From NCBI GenBank assembly GCA_964473025.1, contig CAYYMZ010000002.1, positions 3,241 through 67,240 on the forward strand: DNA of 64,000 nucleotides, read 5' to 3'. Position 1 is the stretch's first letter. Every line of letters starts with the position of its first letter. The translations under genes and the position numbers were made by a program. The notes under the pieces are model-generated. The model did not search any database. It was not told where the DNA came from and worked only from the letters and a program-made list of their open reading frames with translations. Below, one piece after another: positions 1-8,629 of this stretch. The stretch is from an uncultured Candidatus Saccharibacteria bacterium (GTDB lineage Bacteria > Patescibacteriota > UBA1384 > DTJR01).

Positions 1-207
1 AGACCAATTTTTTAAATTAACGACTTGGTCTGAATTATTATAAAGTTCCAACCATTCGTCCGCGGTAGATACCGATGATCCTCGCCACATAATTTCGTTA
101 ATAAAAATTCCTTGGTTATTGCTTTCGGCATGTGATTTATCAGGAGCCAAAAACAATATACCCAATAAAACAATAATAAATATTTGGAGATATACCCAAA
201 CTTTCAC
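1..207 (-). CDS. Lamin-tail-domain secreted protein, N-terminal part (runs off window; apparent 1-nt frameshift just after GTG start)
   Basis: Manual translation gives GYISKYLLLFLLGILFLAPDKSHAESNNQGIFINEIMWRGSSVSTADEWLELYNNSDQVVNLKNWS (LTD motif INEI..DEW.ELYN); GTG at 207 behind GGAGG is one base out of frame. Confidence 0.7.
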   Translation of the reverse strand, partial: MKVWVYLQIFIIVLLGILFLAPDKSHAESNNQGIFINEIMWRGSSVSTADEWLELYNNSDQVVNLKNWS

Positions 208-222
208 TTCCCCCTCCCAAAG

Positions 223-1234
223 TTATTTCCGCCCGTCTTCCCCGCCTGCATCAGCTGGGCTGGAAGGTTCTTTCTCTTCCTCGATCGGAGTCAACCCCTC
301 ATCTGCCTCCTGTTCTTTTTCGGCAATCTGGTTTAAATCAGGCACGACATTGGACCCAGATTTGTCATCTATTTTTTCCGTTACTTCTTGATCGTTAATA
401 TGCGGACCGTAATCATTAGTTCCCCTGACCTCTCCCTCCGAATCGCGAACGCGTGGCCCAAAGGTCGCCACCATTTGATCATTATGTCTCCACCACCAAC
501 GATCCAATTTTTCACGAAAAGTTTTAGCCACGTTAATAACCTGTTTGTAATTTTGTGTTTTTTGGCGAAGATTTTTTTCAACATTCATTATCGGTAAACA
601 GCGGCCGGCCCTCGCGATGTAATGCCCATTGATTGAACCGATTGTTTCCAAATCGGGAAATCTGTTTTGACAAGAAACGCCGTCTTTTGCCTGACGGGTC
701 AAGCTGTTAATAATTTCGACTGCAAGTTGAGGACGCCAAACTCTTTCGATACCGAAATATGCCACCTTTCCAGCGGTTTGGATTTGGATATCCCCCCACG
801 TTAAAAAAAGTATCTAAAAAGCCAGTTGTCATTGATGAAATATCTTCGATCTGACTAAAATCAAGTTCATTAAATTCTCTGTTGAACAATCCTTTTTGTT
901 GGATTTCTATAACCCGTTCATTGGTCACGACAAAAAGATAAAAATAAAAACTGACCCAACTACTGATAAAGACACCTGCCAAAATTAGATAATAAGCAAT
1001 AAATATCAGAATAATGATATCCCTAGTTAATACTGTGCCTGTTTGAAGAAGCCTTACTGCAGGTTCTACTCCAATTAGAGCTGTCCCAATAGGTATAATG
1101 ATTAATGCACCTAAAATCAGAGCGAAGGGGAGGTAGTCAATAAAATGCTTACGACAAAGGACAAAAATTACCTCGTCGTTTCGCTGGTTAGGAATGACGG
1201 GCTGGGGTACTTCGGTAAATCTTAGTGATGGCAT
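223..1234 (-). pseudogene. Membrane protein with bacterial PH (bPH_2) domain, split by a frameshift in a G6 run at 792-797
   Basis: ORF 707-1234 has 2 TM helices and VVTNERVI..Q.GLF.R...L....I.D; removing one G gives NVGDIQIQTAGKVAYF, which joins ORF 223-765. Confidence 0.75.
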
Positions 1235-1240
1235 AATATT

Positions 1241-1438
1241 TTATAAAATATGATTAAGGATAAGCAATATAAGTGACAAGGCAATTACAGCTAGAGTTAT
1301 CATTGAATAGATTAGAAAAACACGCTTCGAGGCATCGCCGACAAAAGCATATCTCCGAATGTGATAATAAAATAAAGCCGATAGGCCAGCGCAGATTAAA
1401 ACCAGAATAACAAAGATGATAAAAATTAATGCTGTCAT
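1241..1438 (-). CDS. Small membrane protein (2 TM)
   Basis: 65 aa, hydrophobic, start overlaps ruvB stop. Confidence 0.7.
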   Translation of the reverse strand: MTALIFIIFVILVLICAGLSALFYYHIRRYAFVGDASKRVFLIYSMITLAVIALSLILLILNHIL

Positions 1439-2451
1439 GTTATGCCTAGTTTGACATTACTAGTTTTTTTGCCAAAATATTCCCATGCTAAATCCGTTGC
1501 AACTCGACCTTTTGGGGTTCTTTTAATAAAACCCGATTGCATTAGATAAGGTTCCACTATATCTTCGATGGTCTTTTTGTCAATAGAGGTAGCGGCACAA
1601 AGTGTCTCGATTCCAACCGGGCCCCCATTGAATTTATTAACTATTGCTTTTAACACTTTCCGGTCCGCATCATCCATGCCAAGCGAGTCAACTCCGATTT
1701 TATCAAGCGAGCTTATAGCCAACGCCTCATCAATTACATCCTTGTTATAAACCGTTGCAAAATCCCGCACCCGGCGCAATAAACGGTTTGCAATTCTTGG
1801 AGTTTTGCGTGAGCGCGAAGCAATAACCTTTAGACCTTTTTGGTCGGCTTTGATGTTCATGAGTCGGGATGATCTTGTGACAATACGGCCTATTTCCTCA
1901 TCTTCGTAAAAATCAAGCGAGTGGACAATACCAAACCTGTCGCGCATCGGTGATGAAATTAAACTCGCCTGTGTTGTTGCGCCAATTAGTGTGAAACGCG
2001 GCAAGTCAACGCGCAAGATTTTGGCTGAGGGACCTTTGCCGATCACAAGATCAACTGCAAAATCCTCCATGGCCGGATATAGAACTTCTTCGACAACTTT
2101 ATTTAAACGGTGAATTTCATCAATAAAAATAATATCTGAATCTTCGAGGTTAGTTAAAATCGCGATTAAATCACCGGGACGCTCAATCGCCGGTCCGGAA
2201 GTTATTTTAATATTCGCTTCAATTTCGTGTGCCAAAACGAACGCCAGCGTTGTTTTGCCTAACCCCGGCGGACCGTAAATCAAAATGTGCTCTAACGGCT
2301 CTTTGCGTATTTTTGCCGCTTCAATACAAACCCCCAAACTATCCTTTACTTTTTCTTGACCAATATAATCCCGTAGCGTTTTAGGCCTTAAGGTCCTATC
2401 TAAAAATTCCTCATCTTCGTTTTGTGAGGAGATAATGTTTTCTTCGTTCAC
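1435..2451 (-). CDS. ruvB: Holliday junction branch migration helicase RuvB
   Basis: LRPK.L.DYIGQ, GPPGLGKTTLA, FIDEIHRL, LYPAMED. Confidence 0.98.
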   Translation of the reverse strand: MNEENIISSQNEDEEFLDRTLRPKTLRDYIGQEKVKDSLGVCIEAAKIRKEPLEHILIYGPPGLGKTTLAFVLAHEIEANIKITSGPAIERPGDLIAILTNLEDSDIIFIDEIHRLNKVVEEVLYPAMEDFAVDLVIGKGPSAKILRVDLPRFTLIGATTQASLISSPMRDRFGIVHSLDFYEDEEIGRIVTRSSRLMNIKADQKGLKVIASRSRKTPRIANRLLRRVRDFATVYNKDVIDEALAISSLDKIGVDSLGMDDADRKVLKAIVNKFNGGPVGIETLCAATSIDKKTIEDIVEPYLMQSGFIKRTPKGRVATDLAWEYFGKKTSNVKLGIT

Positions 2452-2526
2452 GAGCTTATTATAGGCAATCGCAAAAGTGATTGCAATTTTAAAACACAGG
2501 TTATTAGTTTCAAAAGAACCGCTGGT

Positions 2527-3675
2527 TTAATAGATGTAGCTATAGCTACCGTAATCTCCCGGGCTCACGTTGCGCCGATAGGAATATGCATATCTTATCC
2601 AGTTATATTCTGAAATATCAATCGTCCCGTCGCCATTTATAGCTTCGACAGCAGCGACGTGTCCCCAGCCAGAGGTTAGGGGCCCTGCCCCCCAAGAAAT
2701 AACCGCTCCGACACGCGGGGAGCCCGAAACCGTTAACCCTTGATCTCTTGCCAGGTTAGCCCAATTATAGGCACTGCCAGAGCCGGGACGCGTATTCACA
2801 AAGCGGGTGCCTCTAACTACGTTTAAATACCAAGCGGCATAGGAGGTACATTCACGGGTTAAAAAGCCCCATGCGTCGGGTTCGTCAATTGATGAATACG
2901 GATACCCAGATCCTCCCCCGCCCAAGGTCTCTCTGCCGCCGCTGAGGCGAGCCTGTCTTTCGGCATATATTTGCGCCGAAATCTGAGTAATCTCAGATTT
3001 TAACTTCGTTGCCTGTACATCATAAGCAGCTTTCTGCTCAACAGTCATACCCAATAATTTATTTTTCTGGGTCATCTGATATTGGGAGCTACTCTGATAA
3101 TCCTCTTGTTGTTTTTTGAGCTGATCAAGCTCTGCTTTTTGGGCTTCTTGGTCAGATTTCTGTTTTTCAAGATCGGTCTTGGCAGAATCCACTTGAGAAA
3201 AAATATGTGTTACTTGCATCTGAACAGCCGCAACGTAATCCTGCTCGTTGGCTGTTTCGGACAGCTTGTCGCTTAATAGCAAACTTTCCAGCTGCGACCT
3301 TGAGGAAAATCGATAAAGCTCGACTATCAGGCCATTTAGTTTCTTCTTTAATTCGGCAAGATCTTTCTTCTTAACGTCTATATCGGAAGATAGTTTATCA
3401 ATGCTAGATTGGACTTCTTGAATTTTTGTACCTGTTTGCTGAATTTTACTTTCGGTTGACTTGATATCGGAGTCCAAATTGCTAACCTGAGTAGTAATAT
3501 TTTTTGCCTCAGCCGCTTTATTTTGAGAGGCATTTTGAGCACTATTTAACTGCTCCTGCTTGTTTTGAAGGTCGCTTTCCAGCGAGGCAAGAGTAAGCAT
3601 AGGAAAAGCAACAATTAAAACACCCGACAACGCGCGACCAAGAAATAAAACCTGTTTCGTCCTCCTTGGTTTCAT
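2527..3675 (-). CDS. Coiled-coil + CHAP peptidoglycan hydrolase (PcsB/CwlO-like)
   Basis: Signal peptide, long coiled coil, RECTSYAAW...WGHVA.VE...ISEYNW; directly downstream of ftsEX. Confidence 0.9.
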   Translation of the reverse strand: MKPRRTKQVLFLGRALSGVLIVAFPMLTLASLESDLQNKQEQLNSAQNASQNKAAEAKNITTQVSNLDSDIKSTESKIQQTGTKIQEVQSSIDKLSSDIDVKKKDLAELKKKLNGLIVELYRFSSRSQLESLLLSDKLSETANEQDYVAAVQMQVTHIFSQVDSAKTDLEKQKSDQEAQKAELDQLKKQQEDYQSSSQYQMTQKNKLLGMTVEQKAAYDVQATKLKSEITQISAQIYAERQARLSGGRETLGGGGSGYPYSSIDEPDAWGFLTRECTSYAAWYLNVVRGTRFVNTRPGSGSAYNWANLARDQGLTVSGSPRVGAVISWGAGPLTSGWGHVAAVEAINGDGTIDISEYNWIRYAYSYRRNVSPGDYGSYSYIY

Positions 3676-3776
3676 AGTAGTGACATTATAGCACATTTCA
3701 GTGAAAGGGGGAAGGTTACCCGTCTCGGCCGAGACACGACCCGAGGTCGGAAAAGTGAAAAATCAATATTTAAACA

Positions 3777-4688
3777 TCAAAGCTTGACGTTTTTTCTGAT
3801 CGAAATATATGTCGAACCGACGCCGATTACAGTACCAACAATAAATCCAATCAAAACAATAAACCAAAACTCGCTGTAATATATCGGAATCACCTTTTGA
3901 ACAAATTGCCCGAAAACAGTACCAGACGAGATCGAACTTATTACATTGACCCCAGCGTATATAAGAATCGTTTCAATGATTAAGGCAAAAAAGCCGTAGA
4001 GAAATCCCTCAATTAAAAACGGCATTTTGACAAATGAGTCAGATGCTCCTACAAGGCGCATTACTTCAATTTCTTTGGCACGAAACATAACGGCAAGCCG
4101 CGCTGTATTGAAGACAACTAAAATAGAAACGAGGATGAAAAACGCTGATAATATCAGGCCAAACCTTTCGACGAATTTGGTGGCATTGTTAACCGTCTCG
4201 ATCAAGCCCTTGTTATCGTCATAGCTTGAGGAATCAATATAAGGAGCGTAGGCGGGTTTTTTAATCACTTCCGATACGTAATCGTATTCGGAAACATTAA
4301 CTGATTGAATTTGGAGCCCCCGAGGCAGGGGATTATCTTCGGGTGTAACTATTTCTCTTATCTCTTCTTTAATGGATGTTCTCTGCTTAAATTCGTTTAA
4401 GGCGTCTGCTTTTGAAATATATCTGACAGTTTTAATATCGGGTCGGATCATCAAATCGCCCTTGAGCTGTTGAATCAAAGCATCGCTGGCAGAATCCTTG
4501 AAGTTGACTACAATATCAATTTTGTCCTTGAGATCGCTGGCAATTTTGTTGGTTGAGAGTGCTACAACCAGAAAAACACCGACTGTTAGAAGGGCCAGGG
4601 TCATAATCAGGGTAGCGGTTAAAGACAGCCAACCGTTACGGTAAAAATTTGAAAACGCCTGCTTAATAATTCTTTTAACTTGTGTCAT
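3777..4688 (-). CDS. ftsX: Cell division permease FtsX
   Basis: RN.WLS, NPLP, EIEVMRLVGASDSFVKMPF..EG. Confidence 0.95.
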   Translation of the reverse strand: MTQVKRIIKQAFSNFYRNGWLSLTATLIMTLALLTVGVFLVVALSTNKIASDLKDKIDIVVNFKDSASDALIQQLKGDLMIRPDIKTVRYISKADALNEFKQRTSIKEEIREIVTPEDNPLPRGLQIQSVNVSEYDYVSEVIKKPAYAPYIDSSSYDDNKGLIETVNNATKFVERFGLILSAFFILVSILVVFNTARLAVMFRAKEIEVMRLVGASDSFVKMPFLIEGFLYGFFALIIETILIYAGVNVISSISSGTVFGQFVQKVIPIYYSEFWFIVLIGFIVGTVIGVGSTYISIRKNVKL

Positions 4689-5389
4689 TAGAATAAATAC
4701 CTTCCTTGTTTTTGATCGGAAACAATTTTACCTTCCTTGATAACTACAACCCTTTTTCTCATTCTATCAACAAGATCTTTGTTGTGCGTAGCCAAAATAA
4801 TTGTTGTTCCTTGACAGTTAATTTTCTCTAAAATGTCGGCAATCTCACGGCTTGCCTCGGGATCTAGATTACCAGTCGGTTCATCTGCAATTAAAATTTT
4901 CGGATTATGAATGAGTGCCCTAGCTATTGAAACGCGTTGTGCCTCACCGCCGGAAAGCTGGGTTGGATAGGCATCTCCCTTGGAACGGAGGTTGACGGCC
5001 TGAAGTACTTTCGGTACTTTGCGCGCAATATCTTCATCACTTGCACCCGATACCTCAAGCGCATAGGCAACGTTTTCCCAGACAGTTTTATTAAGTAAAA
5101 GTTTATAATCCTGAAAAACAATCCCGAGATTGCGCCTGTAATAAGGCAAATCGCGGTAGCTAAATCTTCTGATGTTTCGGCCCGCAACGGTAATTTTTCC
5201 TTTGTCGGCTTTTTCCTCTCTTATTAAAAGGCGGATGAGGGTGGATTTACCCGCACCGGATGGACCTACTAAGATCACAAACTCTCCCGGGAAAATTCTG
5301 AGGTTCGTTCCGTTTAAGGCGTTCACGTCCCCGTAGTATTTGTGAACATCCTTAATTTCGATAATAGGGTTGGGGGTTTTTCCTTCCAA
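4688..5389 (-). CDS. ftsE: Cell division ATP-binding protein FtsE
   Basis: GPSGAGKST, VFQDYKLL, LSGGE, ADEPTGNLDP; adjacent to ftsX. Confidence 0.95.
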   Translation of the reverse strand: MEGKTPNPIIEIKDVHKYYGDVNALNGTNLRIFPGEFVILVGPSGAGKSTLIRLLIREEKADKGKITVAGRNIRRFSYRDLPYYRRNLGIVFQDYKLLLNKTVWENVAYALEVSGASDEDIARKVPKVLQAVNLRSKGDAYPTQLSGGEAQRVSIARALIHNPKILIADEPTGNLDPEASREIADILEKINCQGTTIILATHNKDLVDRMRKRVVVIKEGKIVSDQKQGRYLF

Positions 5390-5467
5390 TATCCTCCTTT
5401 AACACAATATATCTTAGCAAACGAGAACAAAAAATTCAAAACCACGCAAGGCAAATGTGATTGATTT

Positions 5468-6505
5468 TTACCGTGTTAATTTAATCGTGTTGCTTCCTAC
5501 GAAACTGTATTGATTCTTATCACCTAAAAGTTTATCAATAATCGCTTGTCTTTCCTCACCTCGCATTAACTGCGGTTGGGTATTGACTAATTTGATAGGG
5601 GAAAAGGAAAGCTCCAACGAACTTTTGGTAATTTTTCCGCCGACTAACAACCCCTGCTGGGTTTTTTTGGAGAAAAGTTGGTCAAAAACAAAGTTTCCCA
5701 TCGAATAGACGATTGGTTTACCTTGATAAATTTCCATGTCCTGCACAACGTGAGGGTGACTGCCAAAAACAGCGTCGGCACCGGCATTTATAAATTGATG
5801 GCCGGCGTTTTCTTGCGATTTGGAGTGCTCTACGTTATATTCGTTGCCCCAATGGGGATATACAATTACAAAATTCCCCTTTTCTTTCTCGGAACGGATT
5901 TCTTCGGTGATTGGATTCAAACTCGGATTGGGCAGCAAATTAACACAAACAACGCTGATGGGAATCTCGGATTTAAAGCTCATGATATTTGAATTGCTAT
6001 TATTGTTTTCGCTGCCAGCATAAGAGATTCCCGCCTTATCAAGCGCCTCTTTGGTCGACGAAAACCCGTCTGCTCCAGCATTAAAAGTGTGATTATTTGC
6101 AAGGGATACCCCGTTTACACCGAGGTATTGCAAAACACTGATGGTTTCCGGCGGGAAATTAAAGATAAGACTATCGGTTGAGAAATCATCATCAATCGGA
6201 ACAGGACTTATCGGCCCTTCGAGATTAAATACCGAAACATCTTTGCCCGAGAATATTCCTCGGTCAAAATTATCAAAAATATGTTCTAGCCCTTCGGTTT
6301 TAAAATTATGGTAGACCAGCCGGTCAAGCATTAAATCACCGGTAAATAAAAAAGTTGAGGAACTAATTTGTTCGGGCGTCGCAGTTGGGAACTTTATATT
6401 AGGCAAAATTGAATTACTGTGTTTGACCGGAAAAACAAAAAGCAGATACAAGCTGAGAGCGAGCACCATAAAAATTGCTCCCAGCAGATAAAATATTTTT
6501 TTCAT
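5468..6505 (-). CDS. CapA (PGA_cap) family metallophosphoesterase
   Basis: GDLMLDR, NLEGP, SLANNH, HWGNEY, GSHPHV, YSMGNFVFDQ. Confidence 0.92.
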   Translation of the reverse strand: MKKIFYLLGAIFMVLALSLYLLFVFPVKHSNSILPNIKFPTATPEQISSSTFLFTGDLMLDRLVYHNFKTEGLEHIFDNFDRGIFSGKDVSVFNLEGPISPVPIDDDFSTDSLIFNFPPETISVLQYLGVNGVSLANNHTFNAGADGFSSTKEALDKAGISYAGSENNNSNSNIMSFKSEIPISVVCVNLLPNPSLNPITEEIRSEKEKGNFVIVYPHWGNEYNVEHSKSQENAGHQFINAGADAVFGSHPHVVQDMEIYQGKPIVYSMGNFVFDQLFSKKTQQGLLVGGKITKSSLELSFSPIKLVNTQPQLMRGEERQAIIDKLLGDKNQYSFVGSNTIKLTR

Positions 6506-6523
6506 CCCCTATATTATGACAGT

Positions 6524-8254
6524 TCAATTCGTCTTTAGCCACGAGGAGAGTTCAGTATAGCTTTTACAATTTAGAATATCTTTTTTCTCGCACCATCCAC
6601 GGCGAGCCACAGAAACACCATAAACCATGTTGTCTAGATGACCGATATTATGGGCATCGGTTGAAACCGCGAACTTGATCCCAAATTTCTTTGCTTGTAA
6701 AACTAAGGAATCGGTTAAATCAAGACGTTCTGGAAAAGAGTTAATTTCAAGGGCAACATCTTCCTTGGCACAAACCTCAAAGATTTTTTTCCAGTCCGCC
6801 TCGTATCCTTCGCGTTCATTTATAAGGCGCCCTGTGGGATGACCGATGATGTCAACAAAGGGATTATTTATGGCATTTATTATCCGCTCAGTCATAAGTT
6901 CTTTTGATTGAGAGAAGCTCGAATGTACGGAAGCGGTTACAACGTCAAAGGTTTCCATAATATCATCGTCAAGATCGAGTGTTCCGTCTGGTCTAATATT
7001 AACCTCGCATGAATTTAAAATTTTAATGTTGGGGAATTTTTTCCGGACAGATTCTATTTCTTTCTGCCGCAATCTGAACCTTTCCGAGTTTAAACCTCTG
7101 GCGATACCAAGCGAGATGGTGTGGTCGGAGATTGCGACAAATTCGTAGCCAAGGTCATCTGCTTTTCTTACTAATTGTGCAATAGTATTTGTTCCGTCAG
7201 ACCACGTTGAATGTGTGTGGAGATCGCCATTTATTTCTTTAAGATTTACCAAAGAGGGCAATTCGTGGCGCAAAGCCGCTTCGATTTCGCCCTTGTCCTC
7301 GCGCAGTTCCGGTTCGATAAAGTCCATCTTTAAGGTTTGATAAACCTGCTCTTCCGAAGAACATTTGATTATCGAACCCTTCTTTGCGCCAGAAGTCACC
7401 TTAATTCCGTGTTCCGAAACGGAAAGTCCAATCGTCTGAGCGTAGGAACGCAATGCAACATTGTGCTCTTTGGATCCGGTGAAATGCTGAAGCAGTGATC
7501 CAAATTCCGAGTCGTCCATGATTTCTAAATCAACCTGAAAACCGCCTTTATGAACAGCCGAGCTTTTGGCAGAACCGCGATTTATAATTTGAGAAAAACC
7601 CGGGAAGTCGACAAAATGGGATATGACTTCGTCAGGATCGGACGAGGTGGCAACAATATCAACATCGCCTACGGTATCCTGCCATCGGCGGTAACTGCCA
7701 ACCGGAGTGATATTTTTTGCTTTGTTTGATTTTTCAAGATATTGTACCAATTCCTCGACATAGGGCCTGACTTCTGATAAAAGTTTTCTCGACCCTAGAC
7801 GCTTCGATATTTCGATGCCCCTTAAAATTTTATTGAGCGATTTTTCTTTAAAATATTTAGGACCTTTCTCTTTTAACTTCTTCTTTAAATCCTCGACACC
7901 GGTTGCCTTAAGTTCTTTAAATAATTTAGTTGCCGTTTTCGGGCCAACACCGGGTATGTGTATAAACTCTACTTCGGCCGCAGGCGCTTCTCCCCTTAAA
8001 ACTTCTAATTCGCGGACTTTTCCCGTCTTGATGTATTCGGCAATTTTAGCGGCAATACTCTCGCCGATCCCTGTTATTTTCTGGAGATCTTTTTCTCCGC
8101 CTCGCTCAAAAACTGCATTCAGAGGTTCGCCGTACGACCTGATTGCCTGCGCCGCTCTTTGGTATGCAACGGTCCTAAAACGGTCGGCGTTTTTTAACTC
8201 CAAAAGCTCGGATATTTCTTCGAAAATTCCCGCAATATCTTGATTTGAAACCAT
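6524..8254 (-). CDS. polX: DNA polymerase/3'-5' exonuclease PolX (PolX-PHP)
   Basis: GIGESIA HhH, GSYRR..TVGDVD, HFTGSKEHN, DLHTHS.WSDG, STDAH; start set at MVSNQ. Confidence 0.95.
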   Translation of the reverse strand: MVSNQDIAGIFEEISELLELKNADRFRTVAYQRAAQAIRSYGEPLNAVFERGGEKDLQKITGIGESIAAKIAEYIKTGKVRELEVLRGEAPAAEVEFIHIPGVGPKTATKLFKELKATGVEDLKKKLKEKGPKYFKEKSLNKILRGIEISKRLGSRKLLSEVRPYVEELVQYLEKSNKAKNITPVGSYRRWQDTVGDVDIVATSSDPDEVISHFVDFPGFSQIINRGSAKSSAVHKGGFQVDLEIMDDSEFGSLLQHFTGSKEHNVALRSYAQTIGLSVSEHGIKVTSGAKKGSIIKCSSEEQVYQTLKMDFIEPELREDKGEIEAALRHELPSLVNLKEINGDLHTHSTWSDGTNTIAQLVRKADDLGYEFVAISDHTISLGIARGLNSERFRLRQKEIESVRKKFPNIKILNSCEVNIRPDGTLDLDDDIMETFDVVTASVHSSFSQSKELMTERIINAINNPFVDIIGHPTGRLINEREGYEADWKKIFEVCAKEDVALEINSFPERLDLTDSLVLQAKKFGIKFAVSTDAHNIGHLDNMVYGVSVARRGWCEKKDILNCKSYTELSSWLKTN

Positions 8255-8274
8255 CTCAACCTTCCTAGAGAGAG

Positions 8275-8628
8275 TTATGCCTCTTTCCAACGCACTATAC
8301 CAAGACAACTATCTTCTAGCGCTTCCGCTTTATGCTCTTGTCCAGTATAAATAACGTAATCCCCAATCTCAGATAAAACAATGTCTTTGGATTCGTCTGG
8401 AAAGGTTTGTTTCCATCGACCCGATACCAGAATGACAAGAGTACTTACGTCTGGTTTTAGATCTGCCCCCGAAACTTTCTTTAGACCCTTCTTGTGTCTA
8501 GCCCACTTAACCTGCACAACATTGGATTTTCTAAGTGTGCCACCTTCAATATAATCACCTACCACCCACCCCCTTCTGTCAGGGTTCATACTATTTAGCA
8601 CATCAAAATTACCGTTTTCGATACTCAT
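8275..8628 (-). CDS. Small cupin-fold-like protein
   Basis: RGWVVG...VKWA.H.KG...LVSG...GDYV...H pattern. Confidence 0.65.
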   Translation of the reverse strand: MSIENGNFDVLNSMNPDRRGWVVGDYIEGGTLRKSNVVQVKWARHKKGLKKVSGADLKPDVSTLVILVSGRWKQTFPDESKDIVLSEIGDYVIYTGQEHKAEALEDSCLGIVRWKEA

Positions 8629-8629
8629 A

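Noticed and set aside
3721-3750. Two tiny palindromes (gtctcggccgagac, cgacccgaggtcg) between ftsX and the CHAP gene
   Set aside because: Too short to assign; possibly members of the small palindrome families but unsupported.
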